57,567 nucleotides of DNA from an uncultured bacterium (GCA_963789635.1 CAWBLF010000001.1:1-57567); one strand, 5' to 3'; positions 16,702-25,994 are shown, counted from the first letter of the stretch. Translations and numbers: made by a program. The notes: generated by a model from the letters alone, not told the origin.

Positions 16702-16860
16702 CTCGTTACAAAAACTTTAATATATCGAATTGCTTGCCTATCCTAATGATTTTTGACTTTTTGTCTACCCTGACTAGAACAAACCCCCCGTTGAGATTTC
16801 GTACGGGACAAAAAGATTTTCTTCTCTATTCCCTATTCATTATTACCTATTCGTTTCGTA

Positions 16861-17268
16861 TTACATCAACTTCACATCAATATTCACTCCGGACGGAAGA
16901 GAAAGGTTTGTTAGCGACTCGATTAGTTTTGGTGTCGGGTTAACAATGTCAATCAATCGCTTATGAATCCTCATCTCAAACTGCTCTCGCGCATTTTTGT
17001 AGACGAAGGAAGCTCGATTGACCGTATACTTTTTGATTTCTGTAGGCAGAGGAATCGGCCCCAGAACTTGCGCATCATAACGCATAGCTGTATCCATGAT
17101 TTGTTTGACCGAAAGATCAAGAATCTTGTACTCGTAAGCGCGCACACGAATACGCAGACGTGACACGGATATCTCCTTGGAAACTTTTGGCGCTCTGGCG
17201 ACTTTCGCCGTTGCTGTGACTTTGGATTTCTTTGGTGCGCTCTTTTTTGTTGTAGTTTCTTTAGCCAT
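16861..17268 (-). CDS. rpsJ: 30S ribosomal protein S10 (about 35-aa Lys/Ala-rich N-terminal extension)
   Basis: [15 protein letters not shown]... and [18 protein letters not shown] match S10. ATG at 17268 preferred over TTG at 17274. Confidence 0.9.
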   Translation of the reverse strand: MAKETTTKKSAPKKSKVTATAKVARAPKVSKEISVSRLRIRVRAYEYKILDLSVKQIMDTAMRYDAQVLGPIPLPTEIKKYTVNRASFVYKNAREQFEMRIHKRLIDIVNPTPKLIESLTNLSLPSGVNIDVKLM

Positions 17269-17332
17269 AATCAATTTGCAATGAACGACTTACAATGGAA
17301 CAAATTTTGTTCTTTATCCTTTATATTTGTGT

Positions 17333-18541
17333 TTATGCGGTAATCTTCGTCACCACTCCTGCGCCAACAGTCTTACCTCCTTCGCGGATGGCAAAACGCT
17401 GTTGGTCTTCAAGAGCAATAGGCGAAACGAGTTTTACTTTAAAGGTAACAGTGTCACCAGGCATTACCATTTCTACCCCCTCTTTGAGAGTAACTTCTCC
17501 GGTCACATCAGTGGTTCGGATATAGAATTGTGGCTTGTAACCGGTGAAGAATGGTGTGTGTCTTCCCCCTTCTTCCTTTTTCAACACATAAACTTCTGAT
17601 TCAAATTCAGTGTGAGGAGTAACTGAACCAGGTTTTGCAAGAACTTGTCCGCGAGTAATGTCTTCTTTTTTAAGACCTCGGACCAAGATACCGGCGTTAT
17701 CTCCGGCCATACCACTGTCGAGAGACTTGTTGAACATTTCAATGCCGGTAACAACTGTCTTGGCCGTAGGCTTTAGACCCACAACCTCGACTTCTTCACC
17801 TACTTTGACGGTGCCTCGTTCAATTCTTCCGGTAACCACAGTCCCTCGTCCTTCGATAGAAAAGATGTCTTCTACCGGCATGAGGAATGGCTTATCAACT
17901 TCGCGGACCGGGTTTGGAATAAAGGTGTCAAGAGTTTTTACAAGCTCCATAACCTTCAGTGCCCACTCATCATCCGCAGATTTTGATTCCAAAGCCTTAA
18001 GACCCGAGCCTCGAATGATAGGGGCGTTTGCACCATCAAAACCCTGCTTGGTGAGAAGTTCGCGTATTTCTTCTTCCACAAGGTCAATAAGTTCCTTGTC
18101 GGGAACCATGTCGCATTTGTTTAGGAAAACAATGACTTTTGGCACACCTACTTGTTTGGCAAGGAGGATGTGTTCACGAGTCTGTGGCATAACACCGTCG
18201 GTAGCAGCCACCACCAACACCGCGCCATCCATTTGTGCGGCTCCGGTAATCATGTTTTTTATGTAGTCAGCGTGTCCTGGAGCGTCGATGTGCGCATAGT
18301 GACGATCGGGAGTCCAGTATTCGGAGTGGTGAAGCGCAATAGTAATTCCACGAGCCTTTTCTTCGGGAGCACTGTCAATCTTGTCGACGGCTTCAACGCG
18401 AGCACCATAACCCTTATCCTTGTTCATATCAAGGACGTGAAGGATGGAGGCTGTCAAAGTCGTTTTGCCGTGGTCAACGTGGCCGATAGTACCCACATTC
18501 ACGTGAGGCTTGGAACGATCAAATTTTGTTTGTTCTGCCAT
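17333..18541 (-). CDS. tuf: elongation factor Tu
   Basis: 402-aa ORF with [18 protein letters not shown] and NKCD G-motifs, intact throughout. Confidence 0.97.
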   Translation of the reverse strand: MAEQTKFDRSKPHVNVGTIGHVDHGKTTLTASILHVLDMNKDKGYGARVEAVDKIDSAPEEKARGITIALHHSEYWTPDRHYAHIDAPGHADYIKNMITGAAQMDGAVLVVAATDGVMPQTREHILLAKQVGVPKVIVFLNKCDMVPDKELIDLVEEEIRELLTKQGFDGANAPIIRGSGLKALESKSADDEWALKVMELVKTLDTFIPNPVREVDKPFLMPVEDIFSIEGRGTVVTGRIERGTVKVGEEVEVVGLKPTAKTVVTGIEMFNKSLDSGMAGDNAGILVRGLKKEDITRGQVLAKPGSVTPHTEFESEVYVLKKEEGGRHTPFFTGYKPQFYIRTTDVTGEVTLKEGVEMVMPGDTVTFKVKLVSPIALEDQQRFAIREGGKTVGAGVVTKITA

Positions 18542-18774
18542 AAATTTGTAAATTAATTACTTGTCTGAGGTCACCGCGCGAGAGGTTGGCAAACTCATCC
18601 AACTAAATACTAATAAAAATTACTATAAAATTACTTGATAACTATTTGCAGACCAAAATTAAAAGGCGCAAAAAGCGTGAGCATCATAATAGCAAAGTGC
18701 TCCTAATAGTCAAGTAAAATGAGCCATTTTATCCATATTATATTCACAAGCTATGCACATGTGCTGAAATGGCC

Positions 18775-18810
18775 AAAAAATGAAAACCCCGCACGTTATT
18801 GCGTACGGGG
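18775..18810 (-). terminator. intrinsic terminator after the 100-aa orphan gene
   Basis: Stem 18787-18795/18802-18810 (one G.U on the minus strand), followed on the minus strand by uuuucauuuuuu. Confidence 0.7.
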
Positions 18811-18825
18811 CGGGGTTTGATTTCC

Positions 18826-19128
18826 TCAAGTTACTGGCGAAAGGCGCTTCAAACAGACTCCACCACTATCAGAATCGGACACCAACATGACCATCATTCC
18901 AACCGCTGACAGTTTCATATTTATACAAAAAATCTCTGCATCAGTGACGTCGAATTCGAGATATTCTTTACCTTCGATGGGGTGATTGCCGTTTTTCCTA
19001 AGGTGTAAGATAATTGCAACCTCATTATTGTCCTTAGTTCTTCCCCGGGTGAGTAGAAATATTATTTCATTCCACTCATCGTCGGTTATTTCGTAGTCAT
19101 CTAATTCTCTGGGTTTCTTGTAATCCAT
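18826..19128 (-). CDS. orphan hypothetical protein (acidic N-terminus, 100 aa)
   Basis: ORF MDYKKPRELDDYEITDDEWNEIIF... is preceded by a canonical SD (uggaggUAGA-AUG) and followed by its own terminator. Confidence 0.6.
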   Translation of the reverse strand: MDYKKPRELDDYEITDDEWNEIIFLLTRGRTKDNNEVAIILHLRKNGNHPIEGKEYLEFDVTDAEIFCINMKLSAVGMMVMLVSDSDSGGVCLKRLSPVT

Positions 19129-19157
19129 TCTACCTCCAGTTTTTTATCTACAGGAAA

Positions 19158-19190
19158 CCCCGATAAATAGGATAGACATATTTATCGGGG
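19158..19190 (-). terminator. hairpin between the orphan genes
   Basis: 12-bp perfect stem ccccgataaata/tatttatcgggg with a 9-nt loop. The minus strand continues uuuccug. Confidence 0.5.
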
Positions 19191-19203
19191 GGTTGATTTT
19201 GTG

Positions 19204-19491
19204 CTATTTTCTGCGTGGCAAATCAACTACAATCTCATACTCTTGATGATCGGCGTTCGTTGCCTGGACATGGCAATTTGATCCGCGGCGGCTCCTCAGT
19301 CCGAAATTGATGCCGTTCAGCATGTCCGGACTAAATCCCGGAACTGCCACTTCGATCATCGACACTGTGACGGGACGCCCGGCATTTCTCATAAACTCAA
19401 GAATTGCCCTGGCCCTTGGGTTCCAATCGCCGGAAAGAGCAACCGTCCAGTCGATCTCCACGACGTTGTCACTGCCACTGTTTGTGGACAT
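19204..19491 (-). CDS. orphan hypothetical protein (95 aa, GC-rich relative to surroundings)
   Basis: ORF MSTNSGSDNVVEIDWTVALSGDWNPRARAILEF... with a strong SD (cuaggaggggacacaca-AUG). Lines 19261-19380 are about 57% GC against about 42% for neighbouring genes by hand count. Confidence 0.6.
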   Translation of the reverse strand: MSTNSGSDNVVEIDWTVALSGDWNPRARAILEFMRNAGRPVTVSMIEVAVPGFSPDMLNGINFGLRSRRGSNCHVQATNADHQEYEIVVDLPRRK

Positions 19492-19572
19492 TGTGTGTCC
19501 CCTCCTAGAGAATGTGCGAGTTCTGTTTCCTAAGTCACATTATTCTTAATATTATTGGGTGTCAATACAAAC

Positions 19573-19614
19573 AAAAAACTTGCGTGATAACTTTGGTTAT
19601 CACGCAAGTTTTTT
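19573..19614. terminator. 19-bp perfect palindromic hairpin with A/T runs on both sides (bidirectional terminator)
   Basis: aaaaaacttgcgtgataac-tttg-gttatcacgcaagtttttt. Confidence 0.8.
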
Positions 19615-19625
19615 GTTAATTATTT

Positions 19626-20018
19626 TTACGACTGAAAAGGACCGTCTCCTGTTAGAATTCTGGAAAAACTACCGGCTAGGAACGGCAAATTATCTGCGTT
19701 GATACCCCTTTCCTCAAGCATTACTATCATTTGTTTATGCGCTTCTGGAGATGCACTGCGTAGTTGCTTATGTAATTCTGTAGCTTGTGTCTGACCTAAT
19801 TCAGCAACTCGATTGTTGGCCGAAATTTGTTCGTCAGTAGACTCCTTAGACAGCACCGACTGCTTATATGACTCTTTAGTAGAAACAAATTCATCAACCC
19901 CGTTCTTAAACCTTAAAACAGCTTTCTCGTCGTCACTCAAACCTTCCCATCTAGTTTCATCTGATTCTTGTGCAGACACAGGCACTTCAGGGGCTGAATT
20001 AAAACTTTCCATTCCCAT
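19626..20018 (-). CDS. orphan acidic hypothetical protein (130 aa) with the MGMExFNxAP N-terminus
   Basis: ORF MGMESFNSAPEVPVSAQESDE... Its first 13 codons and about 50 nt upstream are repeated at 54836-54918. Confidence 0.6.
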   Translation of the reverse strand: MGMESFNSAPEVPVSAQESDETRWEGLSDDEKAVLRFKNGVDEFVSTKESYKQSVLSKESTDEQISANNRVAELGQTQATELHKQLRSASPEAHKQMIVMLEERGINADNLPFLAGSFSRILTGDGPFQS

Positions 20019-20069
20019 ATTTTTTTAATTTAATTGTTAATCCGCGACTTAATTCTACCCCCCCCACCT
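19988..20069 (-). repeat. promoter/leader/N-terminus module, copy 1 (contains a G8 tract)
   Basis: About 80% identical to 54836-54918. Minus strand reads TTGCAA-15 nt (ending in G8)-TAGAAT, then about 34 nt, then ATGGGAATGGAAAGTTTTAAT. Confidence 0.8.
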
Positions 20070-20091
20070 GGATTGCAAGGCTGACTTGGAA

Positions 20092-20127
20092 CATCAAAAA
20101 ACCCCGAATAATGGGCTTTTTTTGATG
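20092..20127. terminator. palindromic hairpin flanked by A/T runs downstream of fusA
   Basis: catcaaaaaacccc-gaataat-gggctttttttgatg. Confidence 0.65.
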
Positions 20128-20142
20128 TATATAGAATTCGGG

Positions 20143-20175
20143 GCTTAGCCTTGGGAATTGAAACTAAGGCTAAGT
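20143..20175 (-). terminator. 10-bp hairpin immediately after the fusA stop
   Basis: gcttagcctt / aaggctaagt with a 13-nt loop. Confidence 0.4.
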
Positions 20176-20192
20176 CCTCGGATACCTTGTAT

Positions 20193-22349
20193 TTATTTCC
20201 TACTCTCAATAATTGTCTGTGCAACATTTGTCGGCACGATGGCATAGTGATCAAATTCCATAGTAGACGACCCGCGACCTTCGGTCATTGAGCGGAGAGA
20301 TGTGACATAACCAAACATTTCAGAAAGAGGAACTTTCGCTGTGATAACTTTGAGTTCTCCACGATCACCCATACCTTCTATTTGCCCGCGTTTAGATGAA
20401 AGATTTCCGGTGATATCACCCATAAATTTTTCCGGTACCACCACCTCTATTTTCATAATTGGTTCGAGGATGACTGGACCGGCTTTCTTGGCGGCTTCTT
20501 GAAATGCTTGTGACGCGGCAATTTTGTAGGCAATTTCAGATGAGTCCACATCGTGGTAACTTCCAAATGTCAGCTCGCAAGAAATATCTGTCATCTTGAA
20601 TCCGGCCACTACTCCGCGGTCCATAGATTCGTGAACTCCTTTTTCAACAGCAGGAATAAATTCTTGTGGAATAACACCTCCTTTGATTGAGTTTATAAAT
20701 TCAAATCCGGGTTCTCGATGCGAATTCTTTGGCACTTTTTCTTCAGGATCATAGTGAGGAAGCGGTTTGATGTTGATGACGACGTGACCGTACTGACCTT
20801 TTCCTCCGGTCTGCTTGATGTATTTGTTTTCCACTTCTGCTGTGCCAGTGATAGTTTCTTTGTAAGCCACCTGCGGTTTGCCCACGTTTGCTTCCACAGA
20901 AAATTCTCGTTTCATTCGGTCAACCAAAATTTCGAGGTGGAGTTCACCCATTCCCATAATGACCGTCTCACCTGTCTCGGGATCTGATTTGATTTTAAAT
21001 GTTGGGTCTTCATCAGAAAGACGCTTGAGCGCCATGCCCATTTTTTCCTGGTCAGCTTTTGTTTTTGGTTCAATGCGCAGACTTATAACCGGTTCTGGAA
21101 ATGTGATTTGATCAAGAATAATCGGATGATTTTCATCACAGAAAGTGTGTGAAGTTTTTGCATCCTTTGAGTCCTACTGCTGCGGCAATTTCTCCCGCGA
21201 AAACTTTTTTGACCTCCTCACGGTCGTTGGCCTGAAGACGCACAATACGGCCAAGGCGTTCTTTTTTGCCGGTGGTTGAATTGTAAATATAGCTTCCTGA
21301 TTCAATAGTTCCGGAGTAGACACGGAAGAATGTCAGCTGACCCACAAACGGGTCTGCTTGTAGTTTGAAAGCCAGTGCTGCAAATGGCTCTGTGTCAGAT
21401 GCGTGACGAATGACTTCTTCACCGGTGTTTGGGTCAATGCCCTGTAACTGGCGGAATATCGAGTGGAGATGGGAGATAATCTACGACACCATCAAGAATG
21501 AGCTGGACTCCTTTGTTCTTGAGAGCAGAACCTGCATACACGGGGAAAATCTTGTTTGCAATAACGGCTTTGCGAAGTGTCGACTTTCAAAGTTTCAAGT
21601 GAAATTTCTTTTCCTTCAAGATATGTTTGGGTCAACTCATCATCACTTTCTGCGATTTTTTCTACAAGTTCGTGTCGGTATTTTTCTGCATCAGCTTTGA
21701 GATTTTCCGGAATTTCTTTTTCAACCACGTCCCTACCGAGTTCGCCTTCAAAGTCATACATTTTCATTTTCAAAAGGTCCACGACACCTTCGTGTTTGTC
21801 TTCTTCTCCGACAGGAATCTGCATTCGCACCGCTTTTTTGGAAAGTCTGTCAAGGATGGATTTGTATGAACGTTCAAACGATGCACCGGTGCGATCAAGT
21901 TTGTTGACAAAGCAAATACGAGGCACGTTTGCGTCTTCGGCATAACGCCAGTTTGTTTCTGACTGTGGCTCCACTCCGGCTACTCCGTCAAAAACGACTA
22001 CAGCGCCATCTAGCACGCGTAGAGATCGTTTCACTTCCACGGTGAAATCAATGTGACCAGGGGTATCAATAATATTGAAACGAACTTTGTTTTCTTTTTT
22101 TGTTCGCTCTTCCTTTGAAAGATATGTTGGAGCCCAAAAACACGTGATGGCCGCCGCTGTGATGGTGATACCGCGTTCGCGCTCTTGTTCCATCCAGTCG
22201 GTGGTGGTTTCTCCTTCATGCACTTCACCGATGCTGTGTTGCGCGCCGGTGTAATACAAAACACGCTCACTTGTGGTGGTTTTACCGGCATCTATGTGCG
22301 CAATGATTCCGAAGTTTCTTACTCGCTCTAAAGGATAGTCCCGTTCCAT
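20193..22349 (-). pseudogene. fusA: elongation factor G, full length but interrupted by three +1 frameshifts
   Basis: ORFs 21492-22349 (G domain, [18 protein letters not shown]), 21136-21345 (domain II) and 20193-21041 (domains III-V) together span 2157 nt, about 719 codons. Frame breaks lie at 21585-21587, 21440-21442 and 21164-21168. Confidence 0.85.
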
Positions 22350-22359
22350 AAATTAGTTT

Positions 22360-22388
22360 TTCTAAAAATAAAAAGCAGAAATCTGCTG
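22360..22388 (-). terminator. hairpin plus U-run 11-35 nt upstream of the fusA start codon
   Basis: Minus strand reads agcag-auuu-cugcu followed by uuuuauuuuuag. Confidence 0.55.
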
Positions 22389-22478
22389 GCTAGAGAATAC
22401 AGGATTGGAGTGGAATAATCAACCCGTAGTCCTGTGTGTTTGCTTGGGGTTTTTTATCATACTTAACTGTAAATCTAA

Positions 22479-22889
22479 CTAGGTAAGTCTTTTTTGGAGC
22501 GAAAGTAAGTAAAGCATAAATAACATACAAAAAACTATGCCTGTGGGATTATTATAAAAAGTAGGTTCGTAAAGATAAGTGGCGGCGCTCAAAATGGAGC
22601 ATAATATAAACACATAGAAACCCCACCTCTTCATTTTCCTCAAACCCAGATAAGCAAAAAAATATAAAATGTAAATTACTAGGGATGAGACTACTCCCCA
22701 AAGCACCATCAGATTGCCTATCGCAAGAGCATAAATAAACACCTCCAAACTAAGTCCGGTAATAACCAGGTTCATTATGACTCCGAGCCCAGTCCCAATT
22801 AAACCCAAAATGGTGATGATGCGAAGAACGAGTGGCGCTTGATTTGTTTGGCCCATAATTTTACTATTATTGTAAATTAAGTATACCAA
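22479..22889 (-). CDS. small polytopic membrane protein inserted between rpsG and fusA
   Basis: 136-aa ORF (or 125 aa from ATG 22856) with about 4 predicted TM helices. No family recognised. Confidence 0.55.
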   Translation of the reverse strand: MVYLIYNNSKIMGQTNQAPLVLRIITILGLIGTGLGVIMNLVITGLSLEVFIYALAIGNLMVLWGVVSSLVIYILYFFAYLGLRKMKRWGFYVFILCSILSAATYLYEPTFYNNPTGIVFCMLFMLYLLSLQKRLT

Positions 22890-22891
22890 AC

Positions 22892-22917
22892 AAAAAACTC
22901 CTAAATGGGAGTTTTTT
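22892..22917 (-). terminator. intrinsic terminator after rpsL-rpsG
   Basis: aaaaaactcc-taaat-g-ggagtttttt; A/T-flanked stem. Confidence 0.7.
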
Positions 22918-22962
22918 GTTTTATTTAAATTTTATCAACTACCCTTCGGCTTGGAGCCTCAG

Positions 22963-22988
22963 GGTAAATCTGCCGAAGCAGATTTACC
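22963..22988 (-). other. 11-bp UUCG-tetraloop hairpin overlapping the rpsG stop codon
   Basis: ggtaaatctgc-cgaa-gcagatttacc. The minus-strand loop is UUCG and the stop codon at 22984-22986 lies inside the stem. Confidence 0.7.
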
Positions 22989-23454
22989 AGGCAAAGTGAG
23001 CGAAAGCCTTATTTGCTTCTGCCATCTTGTGAGTGTTTTCGCGCTTGCGGACTGCTTCACCTTCGTTCTTTGCGGCCAGCATGATTTCTTCTGCGAGCTT
23101 GGCAGCCATTGGCTTGCCCTTCTTTCCACGAGCGCCTTCAATAATCCACTTCATAGAAAGTGCGAGACGTCGCTCTGGACGTACTTCACGAGGAATCTGG
23201 TAGTTGGCACCACCGACACGTCGTGAGCGCACTTCCATGGTAGGACCGGTATTCTTAAGAGCCGTTTCTAGGGTATCTAAAACTGCATCATCACCAACTT
23301 CTTTTTTGATGATATCAAGCGCGCCATAAACCACCATACGTGCAGTGTTCTTTTTGCCTGACTCCATGCAGTAATTGATAAACTTACCAACTTTCGGAGA
23401 ATTATATATTGAATCCGGCGCAGCTATATTTCTATTATTAACTTTTCTTCGCAT
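22984..23454 (-). CDS. rpsG: 30S ribosomal protein S7
   Basis: 156-aa ORF with VRSRRVGGANYQIP and the MAEANKAFAHFAW C-terminus typical of S7. Confidence 0.95.
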   Translation of the reverse strand: MRRKVNNRNIAAPDSIYNSPKVGKFINYCMESGKKNTARMVVYGALDIIKKEVGDDAVLDTLETALKNTGPTMEVRSRRVGGANYQIPREVRPERRLALSMKWIIEGARGKKGKPMAAKLAEEIMLAAKNEGEAVRKRENTHKMAEANKAFAHFAW

Positions 23455-23483
23455 TTTTTGTAAGAGTTATTTGTAGGTGTCGG

Positions 23484-23897
23484 CTATTTGGCTTTTGGAC
23501 GTTTGGTTCCGTACTGACTTCTGCCCTTTCGGCGATTTTCAACTCCGGTGGCATCCAATACTCCGCGGACAATGGAATAACGAAGTCCTACATCTTTTAC
23601 ACGACCTCCTTTGACCATTACCACCGAGTGTTCCTGCAAACTGTGCATCATGCCAGGGATATAAGCTGTGATTTCCATGCCATTTGTAAGACGGACACGG
23701 GCAATCTTTCGGATAGCCGAGTTCGGTTTCTTTGGAGTTTTTGTGGTCACCTTTGTACATACTCCCCGTTTGAAAGGAGCGTTGAAGAATACGGGGCGAT
23801 TTTTAATTGAGTTGAAACTGCGCGTCAAAGCCACCGATTTTGATTTTCGGGCTGTGTGGGTGCGTTTTCGTTTTACCAGTTGATTAATTGTGGACAT
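23484..23897 (-). CDS. rpsL: 30S ribosomal protein S12
   Basis: [12 protein letters not shown]... and [20 protein letters not shown] match S12. Start trimmed to ATG 23897. Confidence 0.95.
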   Translation of the reverse strand: MSTINQLVKRKRTHTARKSKSVALTRSFNSIKNRPVFFNAPFKRGVCTKVTTKTPKKPNSAIRKIARVRLTNGMEITAYIPGMMHSLQEHSVVMVKGGRVKDVGLRYSIVRGVLDATGVENRRKGRSQYGTKRPKAK

Positions 23898-24039
23898 ATT
23901 ACAAACATTCCGAATGTAATTGAATAAAAACAAAAAGGTGACTCAACTACATAGAATGAGCAATACTCTAATATAGAGTGACGTTTTTTGCAAATTTCTT
24001 ATTCGTGACATTCGATTCTGTTCGTAATAGTTCGTGGTC

Positions 24040-24642
24040 TTAATAAAGTCCCGTAAAGACGTGGAAAATGTAGCCAACTACCGGTTCTATAAATTGCCAA
24101 AAGAAAAAGATGAAAATAAGAGCCAAAATAAGGGCGTAACGCTCAAAAAAGACTCGAGCGGAAGCAAAACTGTTTGGAAAAAAAGAAAAAAGTATTCTGG
24201 AACCATCCAGAGGAGGAATTGGCACGAGATTAAAAACAGCCAAAAGAATATTGATAAACACTATCAGTGATGAGACCTGGATGAATGAAACTGGAAGCGA
24301 TGAAGCGCCAAAACGGATAATCAAAGAAAATATAGCCGCAATACAGATATTGGACAGGGGCCCTGCAATGGCAACCATGGCTTCTCCCCATCTGCGGTTA
24401 CGAAGATTATACGGATTGAAAGGTACTGGTTTGGCCCAACCTATTATGAAACCACCCAAAAGGTATGACATCAGAGGGACAACAAACGAGCCCAAAGGAT
24501 CCAGATGTTTAAATGGATTGAGAGTCAATCGGCCTTGATATTCGGCCGTATGATCTCCTTGCAAAAGGGCCGCGTATCCATGCGACACCTCGTGCACTAC
24601 CACGGAAAATATAAGGATAATGAGTTGAAAAGCTAAATCCAT
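24040..24642 (-). CDS. site-2 protease family (M50-like) membrane metalloprotease
   Basis: HEVSHG (HExxH) in TM1 and NLVPIPPLDGSRIL (NxxPxxxLDG) motif. Confidence 0.85.
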   Translation of the reverse strand: MDLAFQLIILIFSVVVHEVSHGYAALLQGDHTAEYQGRLTLNPFKHLDPLGSFVVPLMSYLLGGFIIGWAKPVPFNPYNLRNRRWGEAMVAIAGPLSNICIAAIFSLIIRFGASSLPVSFIQVSSLIVFINILLAVFNLVPIPPLDGSRILFSFFPNSFASARVFFERYALILALIFIFFFWQFIEPVVGYIFHVFTGLY

Positions 24643-24781
24643 AAATAAAAGGTTATTTGTATTGGTAAGAAATGCGGACTTGATTATTTAGACTCCTATG
24701 ATAGCATGTTGGTTCACGAATTAGGAGACGGTTTTGGACCAAGCCATCGATCGTTATCCCTGTTCACTATTTACAATTCCA

Positions 24782-25024
24782 ATGGCCAAAATTTGCGCAG
24801 TTACAAAAAAAGGTTCACGTATGAGTGGGGGCTACAGCAACCGTACCCGCGCTACCCAATTCAATCCTACGGGAAATGTTAGAAAATATCCCAATCTCCA
24901 AAAAAAGAGACTGTATATTCCTGAACTCAAAAAAACTATCACCATCACTCTATCTGCTCGCGGAATCAAAACTATCAATAAAAACGGCGCCTACCGAACA
25001 CTAAAAAAGGCCGGAGTGATATAG
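24782..25024 (+). CDS. rpmB: 50S ribosomal protein L28
   Basis: MAKICAVTKKGSRMSGGYSNRTRATQFNP... matches L28. Start set at ATG 24782. Confidence 0.85.
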   Translation: MAKICAVTKKGSRMSGGYSNRTRATQFNPTGNVRKYPNLQKKRLYIPELKKTITITLSARGIKTINKNGAYRTLKKAGVI

Positions 25025-25059
25025 AAAGCATCTAAAAAGTCCCGCATTGTCGGGATTTT

Positions 25060-25923
25060 TTATTTCAAAAATACGTTTGTCCCGTCGGACACGAAAGTTA
25101 TTGTGCCGTACCCGGCTGTTGTAATGACGGTAGAACTGGCGGTAGCGAGTCTATCTGTTACCACTTTTTTAGGATAGCCATAGGTATTATTTTGCGCCAC
25201 AGAAATAACCGAGTACTCGGGCGACACCGCCTGTACAAAACTCTCACCAGTAGAAGTATCAGCTCCCTGATGTGCCACTTTTAGCACTTGGCAATGCAAA
25301 TTTGCGCCATAGAGTGTAACTAAATAATTTTCAATGTTTAGAGGAGCGTCTGCCATGAAGAGAAAACAAGTTTTGCCAAAGACATACTGAGCGACAATGG
25401 ACGCGGTGTTTGGGTCAACACCGGAAAGTTTTCGATCTGGGAATAGAATCCTCAAAAAGGAACCATCGTGCAAGTCGATGGTCGTGCCGAGTTGTGCAGT
25501 AACTACGGGAATATTTTTTTCGATCACGAGTCGAGCAATCTCATCTTCTGTTCCGTTATTTTTTTCTACGCCGGAATTAAAAAACTTGCCGACACTGTAG
25601 TGAGCGAGAGCAAACGGTAGTCCGCCGGAAGAAGAAACCGCAGGGTGTGTCTCAACCACCACATCGATAAAACGAGCAAACAAAGGAAGAGTGCGATTGA
25701 GCTCGGTCAATACCGTTTTGTCCGGACCGCCATCTATAAGAATACGGTTTCCCATTCTTCCTTGGATCAGGATGGCGTCGCCGTTTCCGACGTTTAGAAA
25801 CGATACGCTCACGATATTGCGCGGTTTCAATTGATTCACTACAAGCCAAGTAACAACACAGGAAACGGCCAAAAATATGGCCAAATATAGTTGCCAACGA
25901 CCAAGGTGTTTTTTCCAATCCAT
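25060..25923 (-). CDS. ComEC-type metallo-beta-lactamase domain protein (stand-alone, N-terminal TM anchor)
   Basis: VSFLNVGNGDAILIQG...LIDGGP matches the C-terminal MBL domain of ComEC/Rec2. Start set at ATG 25923. Confidence 0.75.
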   Translation of the reverse strand: MDWKKHLGRWQLYLAIFLAVSCVVTWLVVNQLKPRNIVSVSFLNVGNGDAILIQGRMGNRILIDGGPDKTVLTELNRTLPLFARFIDVVVETHPAVSSSGGLPFALAHYSVGKFFNSGVEKNNGTEDEIARLVIEKNIPVVTAQLGTTIDLHDGSFLRILFPDRKLSGVDPNTASIVAQYVFGKTCFLFMADAPLNIENYLVTLYGANLHCQVLKVAHQGADTSTGESFVQAVSPEYSVISVAQNNTYGYPKKVVTDRLATASSTVITTAGYGTITFVSDGTNVFLK

Positions 25924-25994
25924 GATGTTTGTATTATCACACAGTATTGGTGGCTCGTGTATAATGTACAGATTACCAACAAACAATTCTAAAT

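Noticed and set aside
20193-22349. An intein, intron or programmed bypass as the explanation for the fragmented fusA.
   Set aside because: The three fragments are colinear with EF-G with no extra sequence (about 719 codons in total). Each break is repaired by removing one base from a homopolymer, and I saw no slippery heptamer plus stimulatory structure.
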